From the human T2T-CHM13v2.0 reference genome, Homo sapiens: a DNA stretch of 64,000 bases. Positions within the stretch are counted from its first letter, which is position 1. Every line of letters starts with the position of its first letter. The notes under the pieces were generated by a model. The model worked only from the letters and a program-made list of their open reading frames with translations. It had not been told where the DNA came from and made no database searches. The stretch lies in the NCBI RefSeq assembly GCF_009914755.1, contig NC_060935.1. One strand, given 5' to 3'. This document shows, piece after piece, positions 1-12,049 of the stretch. A program made the position numbers and the translations under genes.

Positions 1-95
1 GTCTTGGTTCCCTCACCACCTTAGCATTAGAAAAGGTGTTCAGTATGGTGCCTGGCACATGGTAGGTGCTAAATAAATATTTGTTGAATGCATGA
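1..95 (+). mobile_element. L2 LINE 3' end fragment
   Basis: gtgcctggcacatggtaggtgctaaataaatatttgttgaatg is the typical L2 3' terminus. Confidence 0.75.
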
Positions 96-479
96 GATGC
101 TTATTTGCTAAATCAAAAGTTATGTCTTCTGTGCCTAAAGGTAGAATTTCAGAAAGGAAAATCAGACACAAATGAGAGAAGAAGAGGATCCCTTTCCAGC
201 TGGCGAGAAAATCAAATCATCCCTGGCCATTGCTTGGGTGACCAACGTGCCTGAAACCACATTGTGTCCACTGGGACTATGACTTTCTCTGACCTGGGAC
301 ATAATTCCATGAATGCGGCCTCTGAGGTTTTCTCAGCTCTCTGGGCAATTGTAGCACCCTTCTGAATCATACTGAGCTTGTGGCCCCTCTGAAATCCCCA
401 GATGTTTTCTACTTAAACTGTTGTCAAGGCAGAGGACTTTCATAATGTGCACTGCCTCAGGGCCTAAATTTGTGATTTC

Positions 480-1030
480 GTGACTGTCTTTGTTAAATTT
501 AACCTACAACGTCTAGCCTATTACTCTGAGTGTGGATTTTGCACTTGCTGCTTTAGTTGACTCTCCTGGTATTGTGTCACCCACAAACGTGATTAGAGTG
601 CTTTCTGATTCTTTTTCCATTCTAGTAATTGATAAAACCTCTGGACAGGGGAGGGCCAAGGACAGAGTCCTGAGGCACATTGCCAGAGCTAGGTCTTCAG
701 GGTAATCTTCAATCAACATTTTCTAAATAGCACTCTAAATAACTAAGACTTGACCTAACCCTATTATTATATTGGTGATATTTTTAGCTTGACTACAAGA
801 GTATTGTAGGAGTCATTGCCAAATTTCTTACTGAAATCTACAGACTTCCCAAAAGACAATAAATTAATTTGGTTTGGAGATTTTGAATGAAATAAGCCAT
901 GGAGAATGGGATCACCACTTTATAAGGAAATCATCTCCTTAATGATCCAGTCTGGACTTCTGTTGAAATTCAACACTGAGCTTTTGTTTCTGGAGTTTCT
1001 GTTTACCCTTTTTGTGGGAGTCCAGAATAA
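480..1030 (-). mobile_element. CR1/L3 LINE fragment (ancient)
   Basis: ggacagggagggccaaggacagagtcctgaggcacattgccagag resembles the antisense L3/CR1 RT region; boundaries approximate. Confidence 0.55.
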
Positions 1031-1199
1031 CAGTCTCCTGTTTTAGTCACTGGCCTGTGTAACAACCCAGTAAAACTATAGACCTTACATACAAAAATAT
1101 GCTTATATTTTCAAGAACCTCAGGCAAAAAACTCTTGGTTAAGTCTATCAAAGAGAATTATCTTCAAATTGGAAAGGATAAAACAAGCCACAGATTGGA

Positions 1200-1632
1200 T
1201 TATTGCACAGAAATATTCACTCTCCTCCATCACCCCTTGGGTGATAGTGTATTCCCCTACTCCATAGACATCAGGCTTGGCTGTGTGCCCTGCCTTGGCC
1301 TCATGGCAGGTGGAGTAGACATTCCTGTCCTTTAATATGGGCTCCAATATGTGACTGCTTTGGCCAATGGATGATTAGTAGATAGGATAAAGCAGAGGCT
1401 CATATGATTGGGCTTGGCCTTTCCTCTTCTGCTGTGGTCATGAGAAAAACGTTCTTGGAGTAGCTGATGGGTCCGTAGAGGATGAGAAACACACAGAACA
1501 TTGTCTCCAGCTGACCCGCAGACCTGTGGCCAATTTCAGCCTAGACCACCTGACCCCAGCTGAGCCCAGATATGTGAGAAAGAAATCTCACGTGCTGTGG
1601 GTGTTTTGTTATGCAGCATTATTGTAGTAATA
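1200..1632 (+). mobile_element. MaLR LTR, MLT1I/J-like
   Basis: atgtgactgctttggccaatgg, gaggatgagaaacac, and terminus gttttgttatgcagcattattgtagtaata. Confidence 0.75.
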
Positions 1633-2299
1633 CAGGGCACACCATTTGTATCCATTAGACTGTCTGCCACAGTGCTGAGTGCTTAGCAGGTGCTGAATAA
1701 AAATCTTTTGCACTGAACCAAATTGAAAATGTGCCTGTTGTCTCTACGGCAGCTTCAGAGCAAGGCTTTTGCTGAAGGCCCCGACTTGTAACATAATCTT
1801 TCGAGCACAGGTCCACAGCTCTGAATCTCAGTTCTTCTGATGTGGTTAAATATTTACATACACCCATGCCCACACGCATCTATTAACCATCCATCAGGAC
1901 ATAGCCTACAGCTTCCTTTGCCTGGGAGGGCTGAGCTATTTTGAAACCAAACCGATTAAGAACAGCAAGGCCCTGAGGCTGAAAAAAGACCCAGCAACCA
2001 CAGATCCTCAAAATGTACAGCTCTGGGACCAAACTGACACATGTGGGCAAGACATGGACTCGATTTGGACAAAGAAGTTCCTGTGTCTCATATGCAAATA
2101 TATATCTGGCATGATTTTTCTGAGAGAAGGCATTTGAGTACTGTTGGTGATGACTGTGGCAGGAAGATAGAGATAGACTTAATGTCACCCCATGCATGAG
2201 GGCAACTGCCAGGTATATGGGGGCAGGGGGAGAGTACGTTTCTGTTCCGTAATAATTCTGCTAATACCTAATAATAATAACCAATAATACCTAGCAATA

Positions 2300-2510
2300 C
2301 ACTAACAATAATACCTAATACCTATCTAGCACTTATGTGCCAAGCCTTTTATGTGTATCATCTCATTAAATCCTTACAATAACCCTCTGAAATAGAAATG
2401 ATTATTGCCATTATTTTACAATAATGGGGAAACAAGGACTCGGAGAAGTTAAGGGACTTGCCCAAGGTCACACAGCCAGTATGTGAAGAAGCTGGAGTTC
2501 AAAGCTAAGT
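2300..2510 (-). mobile_element. MIR SINE
   Basis: MIR core: tcattaaatccttacaataaccct...gagaagttaagggacttgcccaaggtcacacagccagt. Confidence 0.8.
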
Positions 2511-3405
2511 CAGACCAAGTAGACAAAGGCAAATAATATACAATCCCTGCCCTCAGGGAACTCACATTTTAATTGGTAGATTAACTCATAAATTATAACT
2601 AAAGGGTATTTTTTAAACTTATAATTATTAGTCTGGGAGTGGGGCATAGGAAGAAATCGTGAAGTGGGGAAATAGGGAATCTTGGTAGCTGAAGCTTGTC
2701 TCCTGAGCTTTGATGGAAGAGAGTTTGCAAGTTTGAGGGAGGAGGTAGGGTGGGTTTGGATCATAAGTGGAGAATGGGATCAGGAGGAAGAAGATGGGGA
2801 CAGGAGCCAGGAGGTGTTGCTGGGCTAGGCCAGGAGGAGAGGACCTAGTTCTGCTCCTTGTGGGAGCAGACCTGGAGGACATAAATGGGCCAGGTGAATT
2901 AGGTTGTGTGCTTCAGTGTGTGAGACACGCGAAAACCTCCATCTTCTTCCCTGTGAGATTTTTCTGTAAAGTCTACAAAAAAGTCGCAACATCTGAGTGT
3001 AGCTGATTACTTATGATAAAGTGAAGGAGCTGAGGTCAAGCCCAAGGGTGTGACAAGAGAATCGCACCCTGGAGTCAGAGTGGGGCTGCTCTGAACACGC
3101 ATGGGTATCTTTGGGCTCCGTAGGAAACGATGCACCCCTGACCTGATTCAGCCAGCACAGGGTGTGGTCAGTTAAGGGCAGAACCTTTATGGGGAGAAAA
3201 AGGCTTCTTTCTTGCAGGTGAGTTTAGCCCCAGGGCAGGGAGCACAGCGTGGCAAGCAGTGGGAGGGCTCAACTTCTGGCCCCTCACCCCCTCTGCTGGC
3301 TGTCTTTGGACAGGTATAAACTGCAGTATGATCTTCAGGGGACCAGACATTTGTCTGACACAGAAGGACAGCAGACATCTGGGTTACAAGGTTGTGATGA
3401 TGCTG

Positions 3406-3451
3406 AGAGGTGTGGAGTTGTGTAGAGGTGTGGAGTTGTGTAGAGGTGTGG
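3406..3451 (+). repeat. 18-bp tandem repeat x2.5 (agaggtgtggagttgtgt)
   Basis: Directly visible perfect tandem copies. Confidence 0.9.
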
Positions 3452-4561
3452 CCAGGTGGCCTCCAGGCCTAGGAGAGGGAAATGCGTTCTGCCTGGCCAG
3501 GAGGGCTCTCAGGTTGAAAAGATCTTCTGTTTAAGCCGAAGCCTGGGGAAAGAGTAGAATCTCATCAGAGAGATGACAGAGACAAGGCCCTTTCTGCCCC
3601 TGGAAAGCAAACATAAGTATGAATTTAGAACACTATAGGTGGCTGATAGCATCATGAACTGCAAACATTAGCTCTCTACAAAAATTCTCCATAAGAAAGG
3701 AAGACCTCCATGCTTGTCACGCATTGCAGCTTCAAAGCAAGTCTTCTACTTCTCCTTCTAGTTAAGCTATTGGTCTTAACTTCTCCTGCACAGAAGATGC
3801 CAGTGGACTCACTGATCATCCATAACTGGTGTGTGAGATGGGTAGGCAGGAGGAGAGGATTCCTGGAGATGAGGGTGGGAAGGAAGTTTGAGCAAAATGT
3901 AAAGGAGTTGTAAAGGGGTGCAGGTAAGGTTCCTATTACAAGGTTACTGGGGACAGTTAGTTATCATTAGCTCTCACACCAGTTGGTACATCTGTTGAGC
4001 TACCCTGTCTCCTAGCAAGGCACTCACAGAGCAGGACACAGGACAGGTGAGCTAGGATGTAAGGCTTGGAGAGGGGAATCCTCTTTAGGAGGACAAGGCT
4101 GGGTGGGGTGGCAGAGAGGAGTCCAGAAACACAATGGGCAACTAGTAGTCAGGGCATAGGGAGGGATGATAAGCTTCATTCACCTATTCTCATTTTCAAA
4201 TACTATGTGGTAAACAGCTACCATGTGCCAGGTATGATGCTAGGCCTTGGAGTATACAAATGAATACTTCTTTTTCTCCTCTATCTACTTCAGTTTATTT
4301 TCTAGGTCTGGCCATGATACATACTCACCACTTTGCCTATCTTGACTGTACCAGAATTCACGATTCCGTTTTCAGAATTCAGAACTGACATGCTAGCATC
4401 TCTCTTTTCTCTCTGGAACACAGGGGGTCTGGAGTAGGAGTGTTCCCTAAGGAAGCAGGGACAGTCAGTGAGTGAAGAGAAACAGGCTGGGCCGAATGGG
4501 AGTTGTGTCCAGTCAACTGGGAAGAACAATGGAATATGGTGATTGATAGCTTGCATTGGCT

Positions 4562-5100
4562 CTGAATTCTTAAGGAAAATGAAGCCTACAGCAGAGCTAT
4601 AATAACATATATCATCTCTTCCCTGGGAAGGAGAAGCAGTTGTACCTTCCTACCTATTAATCACATCTTCCATTAATCAGGATAACTCACCATAATTGTG
4701 ATTACAGTTGGGAATCAATTAATGTTCACCTTAAAATAAAGTGTAGAGAGGAGAGCAATTAACGTAATAGAGTTAGAGCATCAAAATGACACAAATGTTA
4801 TTGACAATTATGAATCACATCTTGCAGTTTTCGGGTCCTCTGCTCTTTCATGGAGGGGTTTACAGTGGAGGAGGGGAAGCAGTATCAGATCTTCCAGGTG
4901 AAAAACGTGAGGTCTGGCTCTCCTCATTACTATCCACTAAAGCAACATGCCAGTGGCTTCCAAGCCATCTTCTGCCTCCCTTTACTGCCTCCAGTTCCAT
5001 TGGCTGCTCCATGGACATCATGCTTCTCTAGGCTACCCCTGTCTACATGACTAACTGACTACTAGCCTGAATTCTTAAGGAAAATGCAGCCTGCAGCTGA
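4562..5100 (+). repeat. 34-bp direct repeat pair (4562-4595, 5067-5100) flanking 471 bp
   Basis: ctgaattcttaaggaaaatg(a/c)agcct(a/g)cagc(a/t)ga; 31/34 identical. Confidence 0.9.
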
Positions 5101-6774
5101 TTAACAAGCCTCCAGGACAAAAAGGAACAGGCCCAAAGAAGAGCCAAATTTCCCTGTTGTTAGAAAGCCCGATGTATCTCAGGCTTGGCCTAGCTTTTTT
5201 TTTTTTTTTTCCCAAAAGAAAAGTCTGTGGTCTTTCAGACATGGACCATTTGGGTGTTTGTTTGATGGGTGTCATCTGGAAGGGATTAATAATATGAAAT
5301 AGATTTAACATAACCTAAACAGAAAAACAATTCATATTGAACTCTTTAAGGAAGCACTTCTTGCATCTGTTTATGCTCTTTTCTCCCTTGTAACAACCCT
5401 GAGAGGGAGGTAGGCTGAGGTTTTTATTTTCTTTCTTTTGACTTTTTCAGATGTAGAAAGCAAAGTCTGACTGAGTGAAGGACTTGCTAAGTTCACACAG
5501 TTACAGGCAGGCTGGAGCCCAGGTAGGCTGTCTTATCATTAGGCCTGCTGTACAAAAATTGTTTTAACACATCTTACCTGATGGGCGCTCAAGTCATATT
5601 CAACCTGAAACAATCTCCTTTTCTGGATGAAATGCTCCTTGGGAAACACTCCAGATGATGGTAAAAGATCCTGAGTTCAGTCCACCCCAGGCCTTTAACA
5701 CACGTCTGCCAAAACTTGAGGAAATCTTGCAAAGGAAAATTTAGACTTGAAGCATTCAAATTCACCTGGAAGAGATCTCAGGGGTAATCAGATCCACTGG
5801 TTCATTTTCCAGATGAGGAAACTGAAGCCTGGAGTGGTAGGGGAAGTAAGGAGTGACTGGGGTCCATTTCCAGCTTTGGACAGAAACCTCATAGCCTCAC
5901 TGGGCAAAGGGGATGGGATTGGGTTGTAATCTAAGAGAAATTGAAGCTGCAATAACTGAAAAAGAAATATTTGCAGGCTTTACCCAAATGCTTTGTGTAG
6001 ATTTGGTCTGTGTCCATATGTGGTTGTTGATTCAAATATTTTGAGTCCTGCCAAATTTCCCATTTATCTTAAAGATGAATTTATACATATTTGCTGATTC
6101 TTTAAGTAGCTAATCTTTCATCTTTTAAACTCTCTGAAAATTCCAGATTAGCATCTGAAAGTGAACATCTATAGATATGTGTCTGTCGGGGGAACAGCCA
6201 TTGCAGGTAAACAGAAGCTCTGACAGAGGTGAAGTTCCGGGGTCTGGGCCTAGCCCCTTTTTTCTTCCCTACCCAGAAAAGGGCATTTCATACCCATTGC
6301 CCAGGGGCCAAGCCCTGGGGGCTGCCTGGACAGGGTGGCACAGCCCTACATGAGAATGGCTGTAGAGGCTGAGATTTCTGTTTGCTAGCTGAGGGCTTCT
6401 TCCCTCCACCTCAGCCATGCCCAAGGACCAGTCTGGCTACTGCAGCAGCCGGCATGGACCTCTCAGAATACAGCAGTGAGGCTGTTATCCGTAGTCTTCA
6501 CATCGAGCCTTTGTATGTCTCAGAATGTCAGTTTTGATTCAATTGCCAAATAAACTTCAGAACATTGATGACCCACAGGCACTGAGTTTTTTCTTTTTTC
6601 TCTTTTAATCTCTGTCAGAAAAGAGAAATTGCGTATGGGGATATTCCAGGGTGATTGATCTGTAATCCTACCTACAGGCCGCCCTGAGATCTGCTGCCCT
6701 AATTAAGCATAGCTTCTCTTAAGATCAATGCCCAACATCCTGCACATTAGTCATTAGAACTTCAAAGGCCTCCA

Positions 6775-6794
6775 TATCCACTAGATGGCAGTAG
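6775..6794 (+). promoter_or_regulatory. CTCF-binding motif candidate
   Basis: CCACTAGATGGCAGTA closely matches the CTCF core CCAC[CT]AG[AG][GT]GGC[AG]. Confidence 0.65.
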
Positions 6795-8087
6795 TCAGTT
6801 AATCATGTAGACGGGTAGCCTGGAGAAGCGTGGTCCCCGTGGAGCAGCCAAGCTCTAGGATTTATAATCAAGTCCAGAACGTCTGAATATAAAGATACCC
6901 TCTCCCCTCCTCCATGCCCCAGGGATTACTCTTGCTCTTTTAATTATTCTTTAAAATAACAGCTGCTTTGGGCTAGGCCATTTATGATCCACACATGACT
7001 ACGGCAGAAAAGACATAGAGACCTCACCCAAAAGCTACAGCTGGGGGAGTGGTGTTTGAACTGTCCCTTGCTGAGTCAAGATGAAGTGCATTCAGCTGCT
7101 AGCTCCTACTGCTAGGAAAAGATTTCTCCATTGTCCTTTTAAGCCACAGCTCTCCAGGCTTTGAGGCCTTCAAATCAGGGACCTCAGCCAGACCCTGAGC
7201 CCCAAACCACAATTTACCACACAACTGTGCTGAGCTCTAACCAAGCACTAATATTAATTTATGGAACCACAAAGCTATTATTACAAAGTTTGTATTCTAT
7301 TTATTTTTTTTCTGAAAATAAAAAAAAAAACACCTATTGAAAAATATGTCTGAACTGGAACCCAGCCTACATATTTCCTAGAACGACTGAATTGGGACTT
7401 GAGAATGTTCTGTGAACCTGAGTTGAACTGAATGTATATTTCATAGGCCTGGTGCCCTGGTTGAGACCCAGTTCTTTAAAAGACCCTTTATTTTAGCTGC
7501 AGGTGCTTCCAAGTCTGTGCTGGCCCCCAGTTTTGGAGAGTCTCAGAACTGGGTTGCCTGGTATGTACCCCCAAGGCAGCCTTTCGTTTAGAGATACCCC
7601 CAGCTCCTTCTGTAAGCTCCTTATTAGGCTGTTTTCTCTCGTTGGTCTTGATCATTTCTGTAGCAGCCAGAGAGTCTGATGGTTGGATCTGAGATTTATG
7701 TAGGACACTTGGCTAAAATATAAACAGTGGTTTAGAGAAAGGGAATCTGCTTTGTGTCAACAGTAATGTGAGGCTGGGGGGCCTCCAGCAAGCTGAATTG
7801 GATGTTTATCCACTGAATAAAGTCACTACATCATCTGGCCCTGTCTGAGCAGAGGGGCCCTGGTGGGAGAGCAGCAGACTCCCTGCCAACTCTGTAATCT
7901 GTTTCTGAACTTGCGGGAGGCCTCTTGGGCTGCCTGTCTCTTCTTACCCCACCTCACCTGGGTGGGCAGATGGAAAGGGGACCACCGAATCAGATTTAGT
8001 AAGCATCAATTTCTACTTCTAGGTGAGTTGATCACTTTTTGAGGGGGCACTTCATTTTATCCATGTGACAGCCCTCTGAGGACTTTA

Positions 8088-8460
8088 GGTGGATCCAGGC
8101 TTTGTGGGGTTTGAAGCTTGTACAATTAGAGGGAGGTGGCTTTAAGAAAAAGAGAATAAAATTACAAACACAAAAGTGAATCTTGATTCAGAATGACACA
8201 AAATGAATCTCACACACACAAAATCACTAGAGCCCTAGAAAGTCAGGTCTCTTTTGAGATCTCTTCAAGCAGTTTATCAGAAATGCTTATATAGAAACAC
8301 TTCCACACATGCACACACACACACACAAACACACCCTCCATCCCTGTCAGCCAGACTTCCCCTTCCCCCAGAACACTTCCACACAGAAACTCCCCACGCT
8401 CCCAGGACCATGAGGTGAAGGGGGTGGGAGGCTTAAGCTTTGCCGGGCAAATCTGCTCTG
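8088..8460 (+). mobile_element. hAT-Tip100 DNA transposon relic (MER53/MER69/Arthur1-like)
   Basis: Left end ggtggatccaggctttgtggggtttgaagcttgtacaatt...tttaagaaaaagagaataaaattacaaa; right end ggcttaagcttt...aaatctgctctg. Confidence 0.6.
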
Positions 8461-8884
8461 CAAGTAGTGTGATGACTGCCATTTTGCTCTGGTGATGCTG
8501 ACTGACACATTATAGACTTGTGCAGGACACAGCCCTGATAAGGTGTGAAGCTGAAATTTGAAATCAGAACTTCTGCCTCTAAACCCTAATGTGCTTCCCA
8601 CGGCAGGCTGCAGTCTCCCTCTGTGCTGCCACAGTGCTCTGGGACTCTGTTGGTCTAGCCTGAAATCCACTCTGGAGGGCCAGTTTTGGTCTGAGTGGCA
8701 AATCCTACAATCCTCTTCCTTATCCTGAGGCCAAGGAGAAGCCCTAAGGACAGGAGAGCGGTGGTCCTTTCTGGGGGAGATGAACCGTTCCTGCTGTCGC
8801 AACTCCTTTCCTTCGAATGCTCGCTCCATTCTTGGTTGTTGACTCCTGCACCTGAAAAGGGCTTCACATCTTCTGCAAGGGACT

Positions 8885-9322
8885 GGCTTTCTGAGGGATA
8901 GGCTCTGTGAGAGGGGCTCTCAGGAGAGGCTGTCTGAGGAAGTGACTCTGTTTGAGAGGAGCTCTTGGATGAAGGGACTCTCCGAGGAGGGGCTTTTTTC
9001 GGAGGGACTGTCTGAGGAAGGGGCTTTCTGAGGGAGGTGCTCCCTGAGAGGGGCTCTCTAAGAGAGGGGCTGTCTTTGGGAGTGGCTCTCTGAAGGAGGT
9101 TCTCCCTGAGGGAGGCTGTCTTTGGGAGGGGCTGTCTGAGGAAAGGGCTGTCTGAGGGGGCCTCTCTTTGAGGAGGACTGTCTGAGGGAGGGGCTGTCTG
9201 AGGGAGGTGCTCCCTGAGGGGGGCTCTCTAAGTGAGGAGCTGTCCTTGGGAGCAGCTCTCTGAAGGATGTTCTCGCTGAGGGAGGCTGTCTTTGAGAAGG
9301 ACTCTCTGAAGGAGGGGCTCTC
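8885..9322 (+). repeat. Degenerate ~15-16 bp minisatellite (ctgaggaggggctct-like) with a ~170-bp higher-order duplication
   Basis: Roughly 28 variant units; block ctgagggaggtgctccctgag..ggggctctctaag..ga.g.gctgtc.ttgggag recurs at ~9028 and ~9198. Confidence 0.9.
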
Positions 9323-9769
9323 TTGGCCTGTCCTGTCCTGTCAGACCCACAGGGCTAAGCGTGTCTTTGTTATGACTTTGTATCCAGGCCTCCCTTTTGA
9401 AGGCCTTTCTCTACTCTCACTTCTGACTGCCCTTCCTCTGAACCCTGTCTTCTTACTCCCTCCTCCCTTTCCCAATAAAGTCTTTCCCTCTGAGCAAGGA
9501 TCTATTGTTAGTCATTTGTGTCTTAGGGTGAATTTAAGTCATTTTGTTTCTTCCTCCAGGATGAGTTGTAATTCTCCATTAAGGAACAAAAGCCCTAACC
9601 CTTCAGAGGAATGGGAGGCAGGGGAGTAGATGAGGGTTGTGACCTGACTTGGGGATGGGGATGGAGGGATTTCCACAATTTTGAAATTATATCTCAGAGG
9701 CAGCTGTTATACTTTTTTTTTATTTGTAAGGAAAGAAAGACAGAAAATTTAAATGGATTGGCCATCTAC

Positions 9770-10075
9770 CAAGGTCCTGTGCTAGATACTTTCAGAAATG
9801 TTACCTTATTTAATCCTCAGAGCAACTGTGAGGTAGGTATTACAATACTCTTTCAGTGGATGACCTGGCTGAGGTTAGAGACAGTTACAGGGTCACCTAA
9901 AACAGAAGGAATAATTTTTTGGTAAGCGCCTGTCTTGTGCCTGGCACTCCATTATTTCTTCTCCCAAGTGTCTCATTTATTCTTAAAGCACTGTCAAGCA
10001 TGTAGTATTAGCTCCTGTTTTTAAATGGGAAGGTTGAGAATCAGAGTAGTGAAGTGGCTTTTCCAAGGTTCCAGG
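9770..10075 (-). mobile_element. Two MIR fragments
   Basis: tttaatcctcagagcaactgtgaggtaggtatta and gagaatcagagtagtgaagtggcttttccaaggtt. Confidence 0.6.
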
Positions 10076-10548
10076 AATGTGGGAAATTACCTTAATGCAA
10101 TGTGGCCTCTGCATACTCTACTAGATAAGTTCTGTCAGAGGTGTCAGAATAGGAGGATTCACGGGCCAAATTAAAGTGCTTAAACTCACAGTTTACTAAA
10201 TCTGTTGAAAACCCAAAGCAACAGCAAGGGGAGAGGGATAGGGTAGGTTAGCTCACTTCAGATGGGAGCTGCCAGGTGGAAGCACCATACTCCTTGGATC
10301 CTGGGGTATATAAGCTTGTGTATCTTCCCTCTCTCTGCTGCATCAGCCTTCCCTGCTGATGGTGTGGTTATGAGGATCACAATTGAGATTTGAGCAAGAA
10401 GGCCAAATACACACCAAAGATCTCTTGGGCCAAAGCATAATTTTGCTGTCTGACAGGAGGAATATGGGGGCTAAAACAAGTTTGCTTAGCTATAGCTACA
10501 GCTTGCCAATTAGCCTTCCGAACAGTCGAGAATGTATTTGCATTTCTT

Positions 10549-10834
<286 letters not shown>

Positions 10835-11199
10835 TTATTTGCATTTCTTATACAGAGCACCTGGGGCCAAAATGAGACCCTGTGGGTGTCAATCAATGGG
10901 TACCTAATTTAGAGTTGATAAAGCTTTTAGCCCAGAGATGGCATGATTATGACTTGTTATCTCTATGACTTTCTATCTATAGTTAGTAGATAACACTCTG
11001 ATTTGTTTTATTATATGTCCCATTTACAGTATATATCTTTAGGATGTCTTACAGGTTACTAACTCAGTAGCTATAATTAGCATATCTTATGAATTCTGCC
11101 TGTCTCACAAGCTGCTTACTCACTCATCATCTACACTTCACACATCCTATGGGTTTTGCCTATACCTCGTAAGCTGCTTGTTTGCCTTCTATCTATGCT

Positions 11200-11692
11200 A
11201 GCTTTAGTTATCCATTGCTATATAGTAAAATACTCCAACACTTAGCAGCTTAAAATAACAATTCACATTTTCCATCTATCATAGTGTCTGTGGGTCAGGA
11301 ATTTGGGAGCAGCTTGGCTGGGTCGTTCTGGCTCTCATGAGGTTGCAGTCACAATGTCACCCAGGGCTGCTGTCATCTTAACTGGAACTGGGGGATTTAC
11401 TTCCAAGATGTCTTGGATGTGGCTGGCAAGTTGGAGCTGGTGATGGCGGTAGCACCACATGAACTGCTCTGCAGGGCTACTTGAGTATCCTCATGGCATG
11501 GCAGCTCTCTTCCCCAAGGGCAAGTAGTCTAAGGGAGAGCAGTGTCTTTATGATCTGGCCTCCAAAGTCTCACACCATCATTTCTGCAGTATCCTATTGG
11601 TTATGCAGAACATCCCTGCCCACCCTGGGAAAGGAATATACCGGGGTCAAGGAGCTAGGACCACTGGGGTCATCTTGGCGGCTGGCTTCCAC
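11200..11692 (-). mobile_element. MaLR LTR, MLT1F-like
   Basis: ttagttatccattgct...cacttagcagcttaaaataac...tctgtgggtcaggaatttgggagcagcttggctggg. Confidence 0.75.
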
Positions 11693-12049
11693 AATGAATC
11701 CAAAATTACCTGATGCTTGTATGTCCTTTTAAGTTTCATCCACCCAGTTTGCTTTCTTGATTCTATAACAGAATTGGCTATCCAAAAATAATGCAGCAAA
11801 CTCACATTACAGTCCTGCAGCTAGTAGGTGGTAGAGAGGCCCATCTGCTTCCAAACCTTTTCACTTCCCCAGGCTGCCTCCTTGGGAGACTGGCTGTATC
11901 TCATGCCCTAAGCTCTGAGCAGATTTTGAAATATTAAATTACAGCTATTAATAACAAGAAAAGCAACTATAACAGCGATCATAATCATCATCATCATCAC
12001 TGAAGCATGCTGCTCAGTAGAAACATTATGTACAAGGCCCTCACAGAGC

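Noticed and set aside
8885-9322. Repeat array as CRISPR-like or as a coding repeat
   Set aside because: There are no unique spacers, the context is eukaryotic, and unit length varies out of frame with stops.
10268-10312. Weaker CTCF-like (ctgccaggtggaagca) and TATA-like (tatataag) motifs
   Set aside because: Mismatch at core CTCF positions and no supporting promoter context.
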